Source of the DNA: an uncultured candidate division Zixibacteria bacterium
Lineage (GTDB): Bacteria > Zixibacteria > MSB-5A5 > UBA10806
Length of the DNA: 64,000 nt
NCBI GenBank assembly: GCA_963801605.1
Contig: CAWDFP010000006.1
Location: 1,024,001 to 1,088,000 of the forward strand
Direction of reading: 5' to 3'
The notes under the pieces: model-generated
What the model saw: the letters and a program-made list of their open reading frames with translations, nothing else
What the model was told of the DNA's origin: nothing
The model's database searches: none
In this document: in pieces, positions 9,760-19,515 of the stretch
How positions within the stretch are numbered: position 1 is the stretch's first letter
How the letters are laid out: each line of letters begins with the position of its first letter
Program-made: the position numbers and the translations under genes

Positions 9760-10891
9760 ATGGTTACACTACGCGAATTACTCGAATTGATGGTTAAGCG
9801 CCGAGCCTCCGATCTTCATCTTACGGTTGGCGCTCCACCGGTTATTAGAATAGATGGCAAGCTCGTCAGAACCGACTACGAGATATTGACGCCTGATTTA
9901 ACCAAGAAGCTGGCTTATTCGATCATGAACGAAAGGCAGCGCCAGAAATTTGAGGAAAATTCGGAGCTCGATTTGTCTTTTGGAATTGAGCATCTATCTC
10001 GTTTCCGCTGTAACGTTTTCATGCAGCGAGGCAACGTAGCGGTAGCTTTGCGTCAGATTCCGTTCAAGGTTCTGACTTTTGAGGAACTTGGGTATTCCCG
10101 ATACGATTGTTAAATTAGCCGAACTGCCTCGTGGTCTGGTTCTTGTAACAGGTCCTACGGGCTCAGGCAAATCTACAACTCTTGCGGCTCTGATGGATAA
10201 AATAAATACCGAACGGCAACTGCACATAATAACCGTAGAAGATCCAATTGAGTATCTTCACCGCCATAAATCATCGCTTGTCAATCAGCGCGAAGTCCAT
10301 TCAGATACGAAGAGCTTTGCAGCTTCGCTTAAATATGCTCTTCGCCAGGATCCCGATGTGGTTCTGATCGGAGAAATGCGCGATCTGGAAACGATGGAAG
10401 CAGCCCTGACGATTTCCGAAACGGGCCACCTGGCGTTCGCCACGTTGCATACCAACTCCACCGCCGAAGCCATTAATCGTATTGTTGACGTATTTCCTCA
10501 TACGCAGCAGGAACAAGTACGAATCCAGCTTTCCTTTGTCTTGCAGGGAATTGTTACCCAGCAGCTTATCCCCAGGGTAAACGAGGGACGAGTTCTGGCC
10601 ATGGAAGTACTGATTGCTACACCTGCCGTCCGTGCCGTCATTCGTGATGATAAGATTCATCAGATTTATTCATTGATTCAGGCCGGACATAAGTATGGTA
10701 TGAAGACCATGAACCAATCGCTACTAGAGCTTTATACGAAAAAGAAAATAACATATAGTGATGCCCTTGCCAGATCGACAAACGCCTCAGAGTTCGAGGA
10801 GATGGCGCGGCAGGGTAATCTTCGTGGCGATGCTACCAGCAGAAACTTGGATGCCACGGGTAGAAACTTAGCTGAACAGATTGAGAGGTAA
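9760..10891 (+). CDS. pilT: Type IV pilus retraction ATPase PilT (one indel near 10090)
   Basis: 'ASDLHLTVGAPP', 'GPTGSGKSTT', 'TVEDPIE', 'ETGHL..TLHTN', and 'AVRAVIRD' (AIRNLIRE-like). Confidence 0.93.
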
Positions 10892-10894
10892 GGC

Positions 10895-12094
10895 ATGCCT
10901 GTCTACGATTACAAAGGCAAATCCCTCGGAGGCAAGCAGGTCCAGGGTGAACTCAAGGCCAAAAACAGAGTTGAGCTCGAGAGGCTCCTGCGCTCCAATA
11001 AGATCTTAGTAACGAGCATTTCCAAAAGGCCGTCGCAAATTAAGATTCGCTTTGGAAGCGGTATTAAGAAGATCGACATCTCACGCTTTACTCGCCAGTT
11101 TGCCACTATGATCTCAGCCGGTCTTCCTATGGTGCAGTGCCTGGAAATACTTGCAACCCAGATGGAGTCTCCCGAATTTCGAAAAATAATTAACGAGGTT
11201 AAGGAGTCTGTGCAGTCGGGCTCAACCTTATCGGAGGCTATGAGCAGGCATAAGAAAGCCTTCGACGATCTCTACGTCAATATGGTAGAGGCCGGTGAGG
11301 TCGGTGGTGCTCTCGATACCATCTTGATACGTCTCGCCTCTTACCGCGAAAAAGCCGATAGGCTGGTTCGCAAAGTAAAAGGCGCCATGGTTTATCCTGT
11401 GGTGGTTATGATCGTAGCCATAGGCGTGACATTCGCGATGTTGCGATTCATCGTACCTGTATTCGCCAAAATGTTTTCCGGATTAAATGCCGCTTTGCCG
11501 GCGCCTACTCAATTCGTATTGAATATTTCCAATTTTCTGCGGGATAACTCCCTGATTCTTCTGGCAGGAGTCGCCGGCATCATCATAGCATATAAGCTTT
11601 TTGTTAGGAAACCAAACGGCCGACTGGCGGTTGATAAATTTAAACTTCGCATGCCGCTTCTTGGAGATCTCATCAGGAAAAGTTCGGTCTCGCGTTTTAC
11701 CCGGACTCTGGCGACACTGCTTTCTTCGGGTGTTTCAATTCTGGACGCCTTAAACATCACTGCAAAAACATCGGGCAATATGGTCCTGCAAAATGCTATC
11801 AAGCAGGCCATGCTCTCTATCGCCGAAGGTGAAACGATTACCGCTCCCCTTAAGGATTCCGGAGTATTCCCGCCAATGGTAACCCAGATGATTTCGGTTG
11901 GTGAGAAGACGGGCGGAATGGATGAGATGCTGACCAAGATCGCCGACTTCTACGATGAAGAAGTCGATGCGTCAGTGGCGGCTTTGACATCAATTATCGA
12001 GCCGGTCATTATTGTATTCATGGGCGGTATGATAGGCGCTATTTTGATAGCCATGTATCTACCCATGTTCGATATCGTCGGAAAGATTAACTAG
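10895..12094 (+). CDS. pilC: Type IV pilus platform protein PilC (GspF family)
   Basis: 'FTRQFATMISAGLP', 'AGEVGGALD', 'GEKTGGMDEML', 'AMYLPMF'. Confidence 0.95.
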   Translation: MPVYDYKGKSLGGKQVQGELKAKNRVELERLLRSNKILVTSISKRPSQIKIRFGSGIKKIDISRFTRQFATMISAGLPMVQCLEILATQMESPEFRKIINEVKESVQSGSTLSEAMSRHKKAFDDLYVNMVEAGEVGGALDTILIRLASYREKADRLVRKVKGAMVYPVVVMIVAIGVTFAMLRFIVPVFAKMFSGLNAALPAPTQFVLNISNFLRDNSLILLAGVAGIIIAYKLFVRKPNGRLAVDKFKLRMPLLGDLIRKSSVSRFTRTLATLLSSGVSILDALNITAKTSGNMVLQNAIKQAMLSIAEGETITAPLKDSGVFPPMVTQMISVGEKTGGMDEMLTKIADFYDEEVDASVAALTSIIEPVIIVFMGGMIGAILIAMYLPMFDIVGKIN

Positions 12095-12116
12095 AGGATT
12101 TCGGCCTCTTACTTAC

Positions 12117-12150
12117 AAAGGGCTTCTTTTTCCAATGAAAGAAGCCCTTT
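12117..12150. terminator. Intrinsic terminator-like hairpin after pilC
   Basis: 13-bp perfect inverted repeat aaagggcttcttt / aaagaagcccttt. Confidence 0.7.
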
Positions 12151-12156
12151 CTTAAT

Positions 12157-13869
12157 ATGAAACTATCATCCAAATATTTCCAAATTGAGCCTATCGATAA
12201 ACGGGCCTGGTTTCTAATACTTCGCCTGATAATCCCGGCATTATTGGTCGGCTCAGGGCTGGAGTTTTTACGTCCTATCGCCTTCAATTATGCACTCCTG
12301 GTGATCTATGGTTTATTGGCAATAGTGCTGTTTATCTACACGCTCGCTACCCGAAATACTACCGGGACTTTTATCAGGTCGCTTATTATTGCCCTGATAT
12401 CGGGAGAACTGTTAATTGAAGGATTACTGGTCAATCAGGTCGGCGCCAACTTCTCGCCGTTTATTCTGTTTTTTATTATCACCATTGTCACGGCTGCCAT
12501 GTTTTTCCATCTGATCGGCTCTATCGTGGTTGCATCTCTGGCCGGGCTCCTATATTCGCTTCCGATATTTTTTAATCTATCTACAATCTATGAGGGCTTG
12601 ATTGAACCCGCGAGGTTGGCTGGAATCGGACTTTCATCGGACGAAGCTTTCTATACGGTATTCCTGCACCTTTGTTTATTCTATATCTCCGCCTTTATTG
12701 CCGGATATTTGGCGCAAAACTTGTTACTTGCTTCACGCGAATTAAGCCAGGTTCGACTTGAGACCAATGAAATTTTGGAGCAGATGCACTCCGGCCTGTT
12801 AACCATCGATGGCGAAGGCCGCATAATATATTTTAATCGGGCCGCCAGCGAAATATTGGCAGTAGATCACCTGCGTGCCAAGGGGACCTATGTTGAGGAT
12901 ATATTTCATTCCGGCCTGACCGATTTTTCTCAAAAGATATTAAATGCCCTGCAAAATGGCCGTTCTGAGATTCGCGCCGAAATAAATATCAAGCATCCAA
13001 CCAAGGGCATCATTCCCATCGGTCTGACATCATCAGTGCTGCGGGATGATGATGGGCATACTCGCGGGGTGATTGCCGTTTTCCAGGATCTGACCGAAGC
13101 TAAAAAACTCGAGGCTCGTCTTCGGGCGTCCGATAGACTGGCGGCGGTTGGACGCCTGGCCGCGGGGATCGCACACGAGATTCGAAATCCGCTGGCATCG
13201 ATTTCGGGATCGGTAGAGGTCTTGAAAGATGATCTTCATCTAACTGATGGTGATGATCTCAGACTACTCGAACTTATCCTGAAAGAGTCCTCACGTTTGA
13301 ATACCATCCTGACAGATTTTCTCAACTTCGCCCGTGTCAGCAGAGTATCATCCGGTCAGTGCAATCTATCGTCGGCAATCCTTGAAGTCGTGGCGCTCGC
13401 GTCGGCGCATCAACAACCGGGCCAGAAGATTTGCATTACCCAGGAAATTCATCGTCCTAACATCTTCATTCAGGGAGGCGAGGATCAGATCAAGCAGATT
13501 CTCTGGAATTTAATTCTAAACGCATTTCAGGCTCTCAATGAAAACGGCGGCGAAATCTGCGTGGCCACCCGCGAATTGCGCTCCCATGAGGGTTCTCCAA
13601 TAGTGCGCCTGGAAGTAGCCGACAACGGCCCCGGGATACCTTCCGATCTTAAAGAAAAGATTTTCGAACCCTTCTTCTCGACAAAAGATGACGGCACCGG
13701 CCTGGGATTGCCAATGGTAGGACGAATCGTCGATTGCCTGGGCGGGCGAGTCGAGTTAGAATCGTCGCCTCTATGGAAAACAATATTCGCAATTTATCTC
13801 CCCGTGACAACCGGCAACATATCGAGCCAGGAAACGGCTCAACAAGAAGTATCAGCTTTAATAAACTGA
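12157..13869 (+). CDS. pilS: PilS-like membrane PAS sensor histidine kinase
   Basis: Multi-TM N-terminus, PAS region, H-box 'AAGIAHEIRNPL', N/G boxes 'NLILNA', 'DNGPGI', 'GTGLGL'. Sits directly after pilC. Confidence 0.8.
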   Translation: MKLSSKYFQIEPIDKRAWFLILRLIIPALLVGSGLEFLRPIAFNYALLVIYGLLAIVLFIYTLATRNTTGTFIRSLIIALISGELLIEGLLVNQVGANFSPFILFFIITIVTAAMFFHLIGSIVVASLAGLLYSLPIFFNLSTIYEGLIEPARLAGIGLSSDEAFYTVFLHLCLFYISAFIAGYLAQNLLLASRELSQVRLETNEILEQMHSGLLTIDGEGRIIYFNRAASEILAVDHLRAKGTYVEDIFHSGLTDFSQKILNALQNGRSEIRAEINIKHPTKGIIPIGLTSSVLRDDDGHTRGVIAVFQDLTEAKKLEARLRASDRLAAVGRLAAGIAHEIRNPLASISGSVEVLKDDLHLTDGDDLRLLELILKESSRLNTILTDFLNFARVSRVSSGQCNLSSAILEVVALASAHQQPGQKICITQEIHRPNIFIQGGEDQIKQILWNLILNAFQALNENGGEICVATRELRSHEGSPIVRLEVADNGPGIPSDLKEKIFEPFFSTKDDGTGLGLPMVGRIVDCLGGRVELESSPLWKTIFAIYLPVTTGNISSQETAQQEVSALIN

Positions 13870-13996
13870 CATATAAGTTTTTCACGGTTCCCCAATAATA
13901 TCGTTCATTCATATTGCTTTTTGAATAGCGGTTAGCGATAATATCGTTGTATTTATTTATTAGCCGCTATTCTTTTTTTACAGCGAAATTGACCGG

Positions 13997-15710
13997 ATGA
14001 AACGTATCGATTACAAACATTCAAATATATATCCAAATATCGCAATCACTCTTACGGTTGCATTATGGCTTTTTACTGTAATTTTTCATCCCCGGCCGAT
14101 TTTGGGGTATGGGGCAGCTTGCATATTTCCCGATAGTATGGTCATTGATATATATCGCTGGTCTGATATTCCTGTTTGCTTATCTATCGAAAATAATTCA
14201 ATCGGCTGTTCTCACCAATATTTTAGCTTCAGTTTCATCCTTGTGGAAACGGTGTCCGGAATGGTTAAAATTTTCAATAACTGGGATTACCGCACTTGCC
14301 TTGTTTATCATATTAAGGGATCGGACCATGCTGCTGGGTGACAGCATTATTCGAATCGGAGAATTGGGCGATAAAGGCCTCGACAGAATACTCAGCACTT
14401 CAGCGGCTGAACCACTCGATTATGTCATTCACCGTGTATTTTATAAATATCTTTGTCTTCCGCTTGGCCTCAACGCTACTATTTGTTACGAATTGATCTC
14501 ATACGCAGCCGGCTTGATATATCTTTGGGTGGCTTGCATGATTGCACGGCAGATTAAAAGCGATGAGTCCGGTTTCTGGCTGCCATTTTTATATCTGTTA
14601 GGATGGGGTGGAGTTTTTATGCTTTTCGGTTATGCCGAGGAATATGGCCTGGCGGCCTCGGCTTTGTTGCTGTTTGTTTACTACTCGATAAAATATTTTA
14701 ATAAAAAAGGAAGTATCATTCCTGTTGCGATTGTCTTTCTAATCGGCTTTTTTTTGCATAATCTGTTATTGATATTACTGCCGTCAATTCTCTATTTGCT
14801 TTTTATCGAATATAAATCGAGCAGCAAAAAAGCGATTGCGGTATTTATGGGATTAGCGATTCCTATTGCGGGTTGGCTTCTGATAAGCTACACGAAAAAA
14901 GAAACCGGGGCATTTCTTTTACCTGAAAGCGGAACCGAGCCGGGATATATGCTCTGGAGCGGCAAACATCTTCTTGATATTATTAACGAGCTGCTATTAA
15001 TCTGTCCGGCAATTTTGGTAATGCTATCGCTCCAGGAAAGAGGTAAGATGCCAACCGCCAGACGCAATAGCATGCGTCAGGCTATCGGACTCGCGGCCAT
15101 CTCCAGTTTGATCGTACTGATCTTCGTTGATCCCCAACTTAGCATGGTGCGCGATTGTGACCTCTTTGCGCTGCCCCTTCTGGCTTTTAATGTGGCGCTG
15201 TTTTTGGGAGTCGATTGGTCTAAAGTGGGGACCATTCTAAAAAATGCTATCATAATCATTACGCTGGGATTCACTTTCTCCTGGATTATGATTAATGCCA
15301 GCGAAGATCTGGCGTTGGCGCGCTATGAGAAATTACTCCCTTTAGATCCTGCCAGAGCGCGCTTGGGATATGACCGTCTCGGTTTCTATTATACGTCGCA
15401 AAAGAAATATCCTGAAGCCGAAGCCGCTTATAAGAAATCGATTGAGATAAAGCCAAATTTCCGCACTATTTTAAATCTGGCTTATTTGCAGGAAGATATG
15501 GGGAAAAACACTGAGGCTGCCGCAAACCTGAGGGAATTGCTAAAAAAGGAACCCATGAACGCGATAGTACTCTATGAATTGGGATGGCTTTACTATAATA
15601 CCGGTCAACCCAAAGAAGCACTTGAGATTTTCCGTCAATTTGAGCGAACCGGCGAGTATGCCCCTGATATCGACCAGGCAATTATCAAGCTCGAGAAAAA
15701 GGCGCTTTGA
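13997..15710 (+). CDS. Polytopic membrane protein with C-terminal TPRs, GT-C-like (indel near 14100)
   Basis: About 12 hydrophobic segments with loop motifs 'LLGD', 'GYAEEY', 'RDCDLF' and a TPR tail. The N-terminus lies in the 13997 frame and joins the 14109 frame. Confidence 0.65.
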
Positions 15711-15813
15711 TAGCGATATATGTGATTTCTATCCATATTTTCAATTTATTAGCCAGGTAAACCTTTTACCTATAACGTATTATCAGATTTTGTGCGGGGC
15801 TTCTTTTTTCCGC

Positions 15814-15842
15814 TTGACATGAACAAATGAACAGTATATTTT
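15814..15842 (+). promoter_or_regulatory. Sigma70-type lexA promoter with a candidate LexA operator in the spacer
   Basis: TTGACA at 15814-15819, TATATT/TATTTT at 15835-15842, and TGAACAAATGAACA between them. Confidence 0.65.
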
Positions 15843-15908
15843 TATGCAGCAAAACAGATTTAACGATTTTGATAATTGAAGAACTGGTTTTATAGATTGG
15901 AGGCTCCT

Positions 15909-16536
15909 ATGGCCAAAGACTTAACCGCCCGGCAGACGGGAAATATTCGAATTCATCAAGAATATGATCCGCAGTAAAGGCCGTCCGCCATCCATACGAG
16001 AGATCGGCGAAAGCTTTAAGATTCATTCTACAAACGGTGTTCGCGCTGTGCTGGAGGCTCTGGAACGCAAGGGGTATATCAAACGTGACCGCTACACCTC
16101 GCGCGGCATAGAGCTTCTCAAGGAGGCTCTCGATCAGACCATCTCCGATCGCCTTCGGGAAGTACCCTGGGTAGGCCGGGTGGCCGCCGGTACCCCTATT
16201 TGGGCGGAGCAGAATATCGAGGGCAGCTTTTTGTTGGATCGCGATTTTGTGCCCGGTGAGGAGGTATTCTCGCTCAAGGTGCGCGGCGATTCGATGATCG
16301 ATGCCGGTATTTTCGACGGCGATTATGTGCTGGTCAAACGTCAGGATATGGCCAACGCCGGTGATGTGGTGGTGGCACAAATCGGCGACGAGGCTACGGT
16401 CAAAAAGTTCTTTCCGGAGCGGCTGCGTATTCGTCTGGAGCCTGCCAATTCCGACTATGGTCCGATCGTGGTGGAGAGAAACACACCCGGTTTTGCCATT
16501 GCGGGCAAGGTAATTGGGCTGTTAAGGAAGATGTGA
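15909..16536 (+). CDS. lexA: SOS repressor LexA (indel near 15940)
   Basis: RBS GGAGG. 'MAKDLTARQ.EIFEFI..PPSIREIG' winged HTH, Ala-Gly site 'VAAGTP', catalytic Ser 'GDSM' and Lys 'TVKK'. Confidence 0.95.
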
Positions 16537-16541
16537 TAACC

Positions 16542-16683
16542 GTAGGTCAGGCGCCCTGGCGCCTGACATTGCGTGTCACAATTTATTGTGACCGCAAATA
16601 TTGCCTCAGGATGTGCCCCGATTCATGATCGGAGTATCCTGAGGCATAAAAACAATGTGTTTGGGGCACGACAACCGTACCCC
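16542..16683. repeat. Cluster of four REP-like palindromes between lexA and the next gene
   Basis: gtag-gtcaggcgcc-ct-ggcgcctgac (16542-16567); gtcacaatttattgtgac (16575-16592); tgcctcaggat..atcctgaggca (16602-16646); ggggcacg..cgtacccc (16663-16683). Confidence 0.8.
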
Positions 16684-16704
16684 ATGGAAATAAATATCAT
16701 TCCC

Positions 16705-16953
16705 ATGTACCAGGACATCGAAGAATCAGTTGACGTAATCGCCGTCTTTGAATCGGGACGGCTGCAGCCGATCAAGTTCCGCTGGAAAGGCCGCTCGATC
16801 AAGATTAAGCAGATCACCGGTTCCTGGAAATCGGATGTCGGCGCCCACAAGATACGTTTTTATGCGGTGCTCGATAGTGCCTCCAACTTTTTCCAACTCG
16901 CTTACGATGAGAAGAACACAGCCTGGGTACTCAATAAAATATGGGTGGAGTAA
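16705..16953 (+). CDS. Small beta-rich protein, DUF6504-like
   Basis: 'P.KFRWKGR..I..I...W.....FY......FQLAYD....W.L' pattern. Start at 16705 or 16684; the longer ORF from 16573 runs through repeats. Confidence 0.7.
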   Translation: MYQDIEESVDVIAVFESGRLQPIKFRWKGRSIKIKQITGSWKSDVGAHKIRFYAVLDSASNFFQLAYDEKNTAWVLNKIWVE

Positions 16954-16964
16954 TAGAAAATAGT

Positions 16965-16990
16965 GATGGCACACGAGGACGTGCGCCATC
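16965..16990. repeat. REP-like hairpin with GAGGAC loop upstream of dinB
   Basis: gatggcacac-gaggac-gtgcgccatc, 9 of 10 stem positions pair. Same loop as the hairpins at 30680 and 47849. Confidence 0.7.
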
Positions 16991-16997
16991 CACGGGC

Positions 16998-18191
16998 ATG
17001 TTGGATTGGGGCAACAGCCCGGTCATCATGCATCTCGATATGGATGCTTTCTTCGCCGCAATCGAGCAGACCATCCATCCCAGTCTCAGGGGCAAGCCGG
17101 TAATTGTGGGGGGAGACCCCGATTCGCGCGGCGTGGTCTCCACCTGTTCTTACGAAGCCAGAAATTACGGAGTCCACTCTGCGATGCCGATGAAAGAGGC
17201 ATACAGGCTTTGTCCCGATGCGGTCTATGTCAATACATCTGGCGACAAATACTCCTATATGTCGGCCCAGGTAGTATCGATCATGAGACGATATTCACCG
17301 TCGATTGAACCTGTCTCTATCGATGAAGCTTTCGCTGATATCACCGGTATATACAAACGTTACGGCGGACCTGAACAGGTTGCCAGAGCTATCAAAAAAG
17401 ATATATTAGATGAGATCAATCTAACCTGTTCTATCGGAATCGGACCGAATAGATCAGTAGCCAAGATCGCCTCAGGTTCAAATAAACCGGATGGGTTGGT
17501 GATAATTCCGCCGGCTGATGTGAAACAATTTCTCTGGGTGAGGCCTGTCGATCATCTCTGGGGTGTGGGAAAGAAATCTGCCGAGGCTCTTGGCAGAATC
17601 GGAATCAAAACAATCGGCGATCTGGCGCAGACTCCGGAGAAAACCTTAAAGACGATGTTTGGTATCATGGGGCCGGGCCTGGTGCGTATGGCCAACGGCG
17701 AGGGTGAAACTGATGTCAGAGCCAGCCATATCGAGTACGAAGCAAAATCGATGGGGCATGAGCATACGTTCGATAAAGACACTAACGACCAGGAAAAAGT
17801 ATTAGGTCTTCTTTTGTATCTGTCAGACCGGGTTTCCCGTCGGCTCAGGCAGTCCGGATGTATTGCTCGAACGGTGACCCTGAAAGTTAGAAGATCAGAT
17901 TTCAAACTTCTCACCAGGGCAAAATCCCTCAATGTCTATATCGATACTGAAAAAGATATATTCCGCGCTGCCCGCAAGCTGTTGCTTGACAACCGCTTTC
18001 TCGATGAGCCTATCAGGCTGATTGGAGTCAACGTTTCAAATCTGAAAAATAACGGAGGCGAGACATTTGACGATTACTTAATTGATTACGATCCCCTGAA
18101 GAAACGCAGGCAGCTCGATAAAGTCCTGGATAACCTCAGGGACAAACATGGGGAAGAGTCAATCTTTTTTGCCGCTTCGCAGATATTTTAG
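16998..18191 (+). CDS. dinB: DNA polymerase IV (Y family)
   Basis: 'HLDMDAFFA', 'RGVVSTCSYEAR', 'SIDEA', 'KPDG', 'WGVG'. Confidence 0.95.
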   Translation: MLDWGNSPVIMHLDMDAFFAAIEQTIHPSLRGKPVIVGGDPDSRGVVSTCSYEARNYGVHSAMPMKEAYRLCPDAVYVNTSGDKYSYMSAQVVSIMRRYSPSIEPVSIDEAFADITGIYKRYGGPEQVARAIKKDILDEINLTCSIGIGPNRSVAKIASGSNKPDGLVIIPPADVKQFLWVRPVDHLWGVGKKSAEALGRIGIKTIGDLAQTPEKTLKTMFGIMGPGLVRMANGEGETDVRASHIEYEAKSMGHEHTFDKDTNDQEKVLGLLLYLSDRVSRRLRQSGCIARTVTLKVRRSDFKLLTRAKSLNVYIDTEKDIFRAARKLLLDNRFLDEPIRLIGVNVSNLKNNGGETFDDYLIDYDPLKKRRQLDKVLDNLRDKHGEESIFFAASQIF

Positions 18192-18291
18192 TATCGAATT
18201 ATACTTGACTTATACTTCCATCTTTTTATTATTAAGAGCGTATTATATGATGTTTAGGGTTTGACGGATTTTCATTTAAGGTGGGTGCACT

Positions 18292-19504
18292 ATGTCGGAT
18301 ATTCTGGAACACGTGGGGCAACTTGTGGACCGTTGGCAATTTTCAAACAGAGCTAGAGCACAGAAAAGTTCTATTATCAGAGAGATCCTCAAGGATTCCT
18401 CCAAGCCTGGCGTAATCAACCTCGCAGGTGGACTTCCCGCTCCCGAGCTATTCCCGGTTGAGGCCATCAAGCAAGCCTGCATTCGAGTGCTCGACAAGTA
18501 TGGACCCGATTCTCTCCAGTATTCTCTCACAACAGGTGTGCCGCTTTTAAAGAAATTTTTGGCAGATCGAATCAGCGCCAGCGGCCTGGAGTTTTCTCCC
18601 GATTCTATCCAGATTACTGGGCGGCTCTCAGCAAGGCCTCGATATCGTCGGAAGAGTATTTATCAATCCCGGCTCCGTAGTTCTTACCGAAGAGCCTACT
18701 TATCTGGGAGCGCTTCAAGCATTCTCATTCTACGATGCTAATTTTGTTTCGGTTAAGACCGATGAAAACGGCATTATCCCCTCCGATCTCGAATACAAAA
18801 TCAAGGAGTTTAATCCAGTTTTTGTATACCTGGTGCCGAATTTCCAAAACCCATCAGGGGTTACCCTTTCAGCGGAGCGTCGCGAGGCGGTAATTGCCCT
18901 GGCAAAAAAATATGATGTTCCTATTATTGACGACAACCCCTATGGGGAGCTTCGTTTCTTTGGGCAGCCCGTGCCATCTCTTAAGGCTTTGGGCGGCCAG
19001 CATGTCATCCAGCTCGGGACATTTTCCAAGATCATTTCGCCCGGCCTTCGCATTGCCTGGATTGCCGCCGACAAAGAGTTTATCAGAATGTGCGAACTAA
19101 TGAAACAAGCTTGCGATTTGCACACCACCACATTCTCACAATATGTCGTATATGAGTTTGCCAAGGATGGCGCCTTAGAGGACTATATCGAGGTCCTGAA
19201 AAAGGCTTACAGGCGCCGCCGCGATGTGATGATCGAGACGCTTTCCCGCGAGCTAAAAAATCGGGCCACCTGGTCGGAGCCTGAGGGCGGGCTTTTCCTC
19301 TGGGTTAAGCTGCCTGACGGGATCTCGTCCTCCGAGCTTTTACCCAAAGCCATTAGTTCCGGATTTGCCTACGTGCCCGGTAAATATTTCTATAGTCAAA
19401 AACCTGACGATACGACCTTGCGCCTGAATTTCTGTAATGCCAGCGAGGAAAATATTGTCGAAGGCATAAAGCGTCTGGCCGCCGTGGTCAAGGCAGCAAT
19501 GTAG
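18292..19504 (+). CDS. PLP-dependent class I aminotransferase, LysN/2-aminoadipate transaminase-like (indel near 18620)
   Basis: 'INLAGGLPAPELFP', 'PNFQNPSG', 'IDDNPY', 'GTFSKIISPGLRIAW', 'LRLNF'. Confidence 0.88.
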
Positions 19505-19515
19505 ATATTCGAAAA

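Noticed and set aside
8012..10891. pilB/pilT as pseudogenes or programmed frameshifts
   Set aside because: The same indel pattern affects gyrB, lon and lexA, motifs are intact and no consistent slippery signal is visible; assembly error is more likely.
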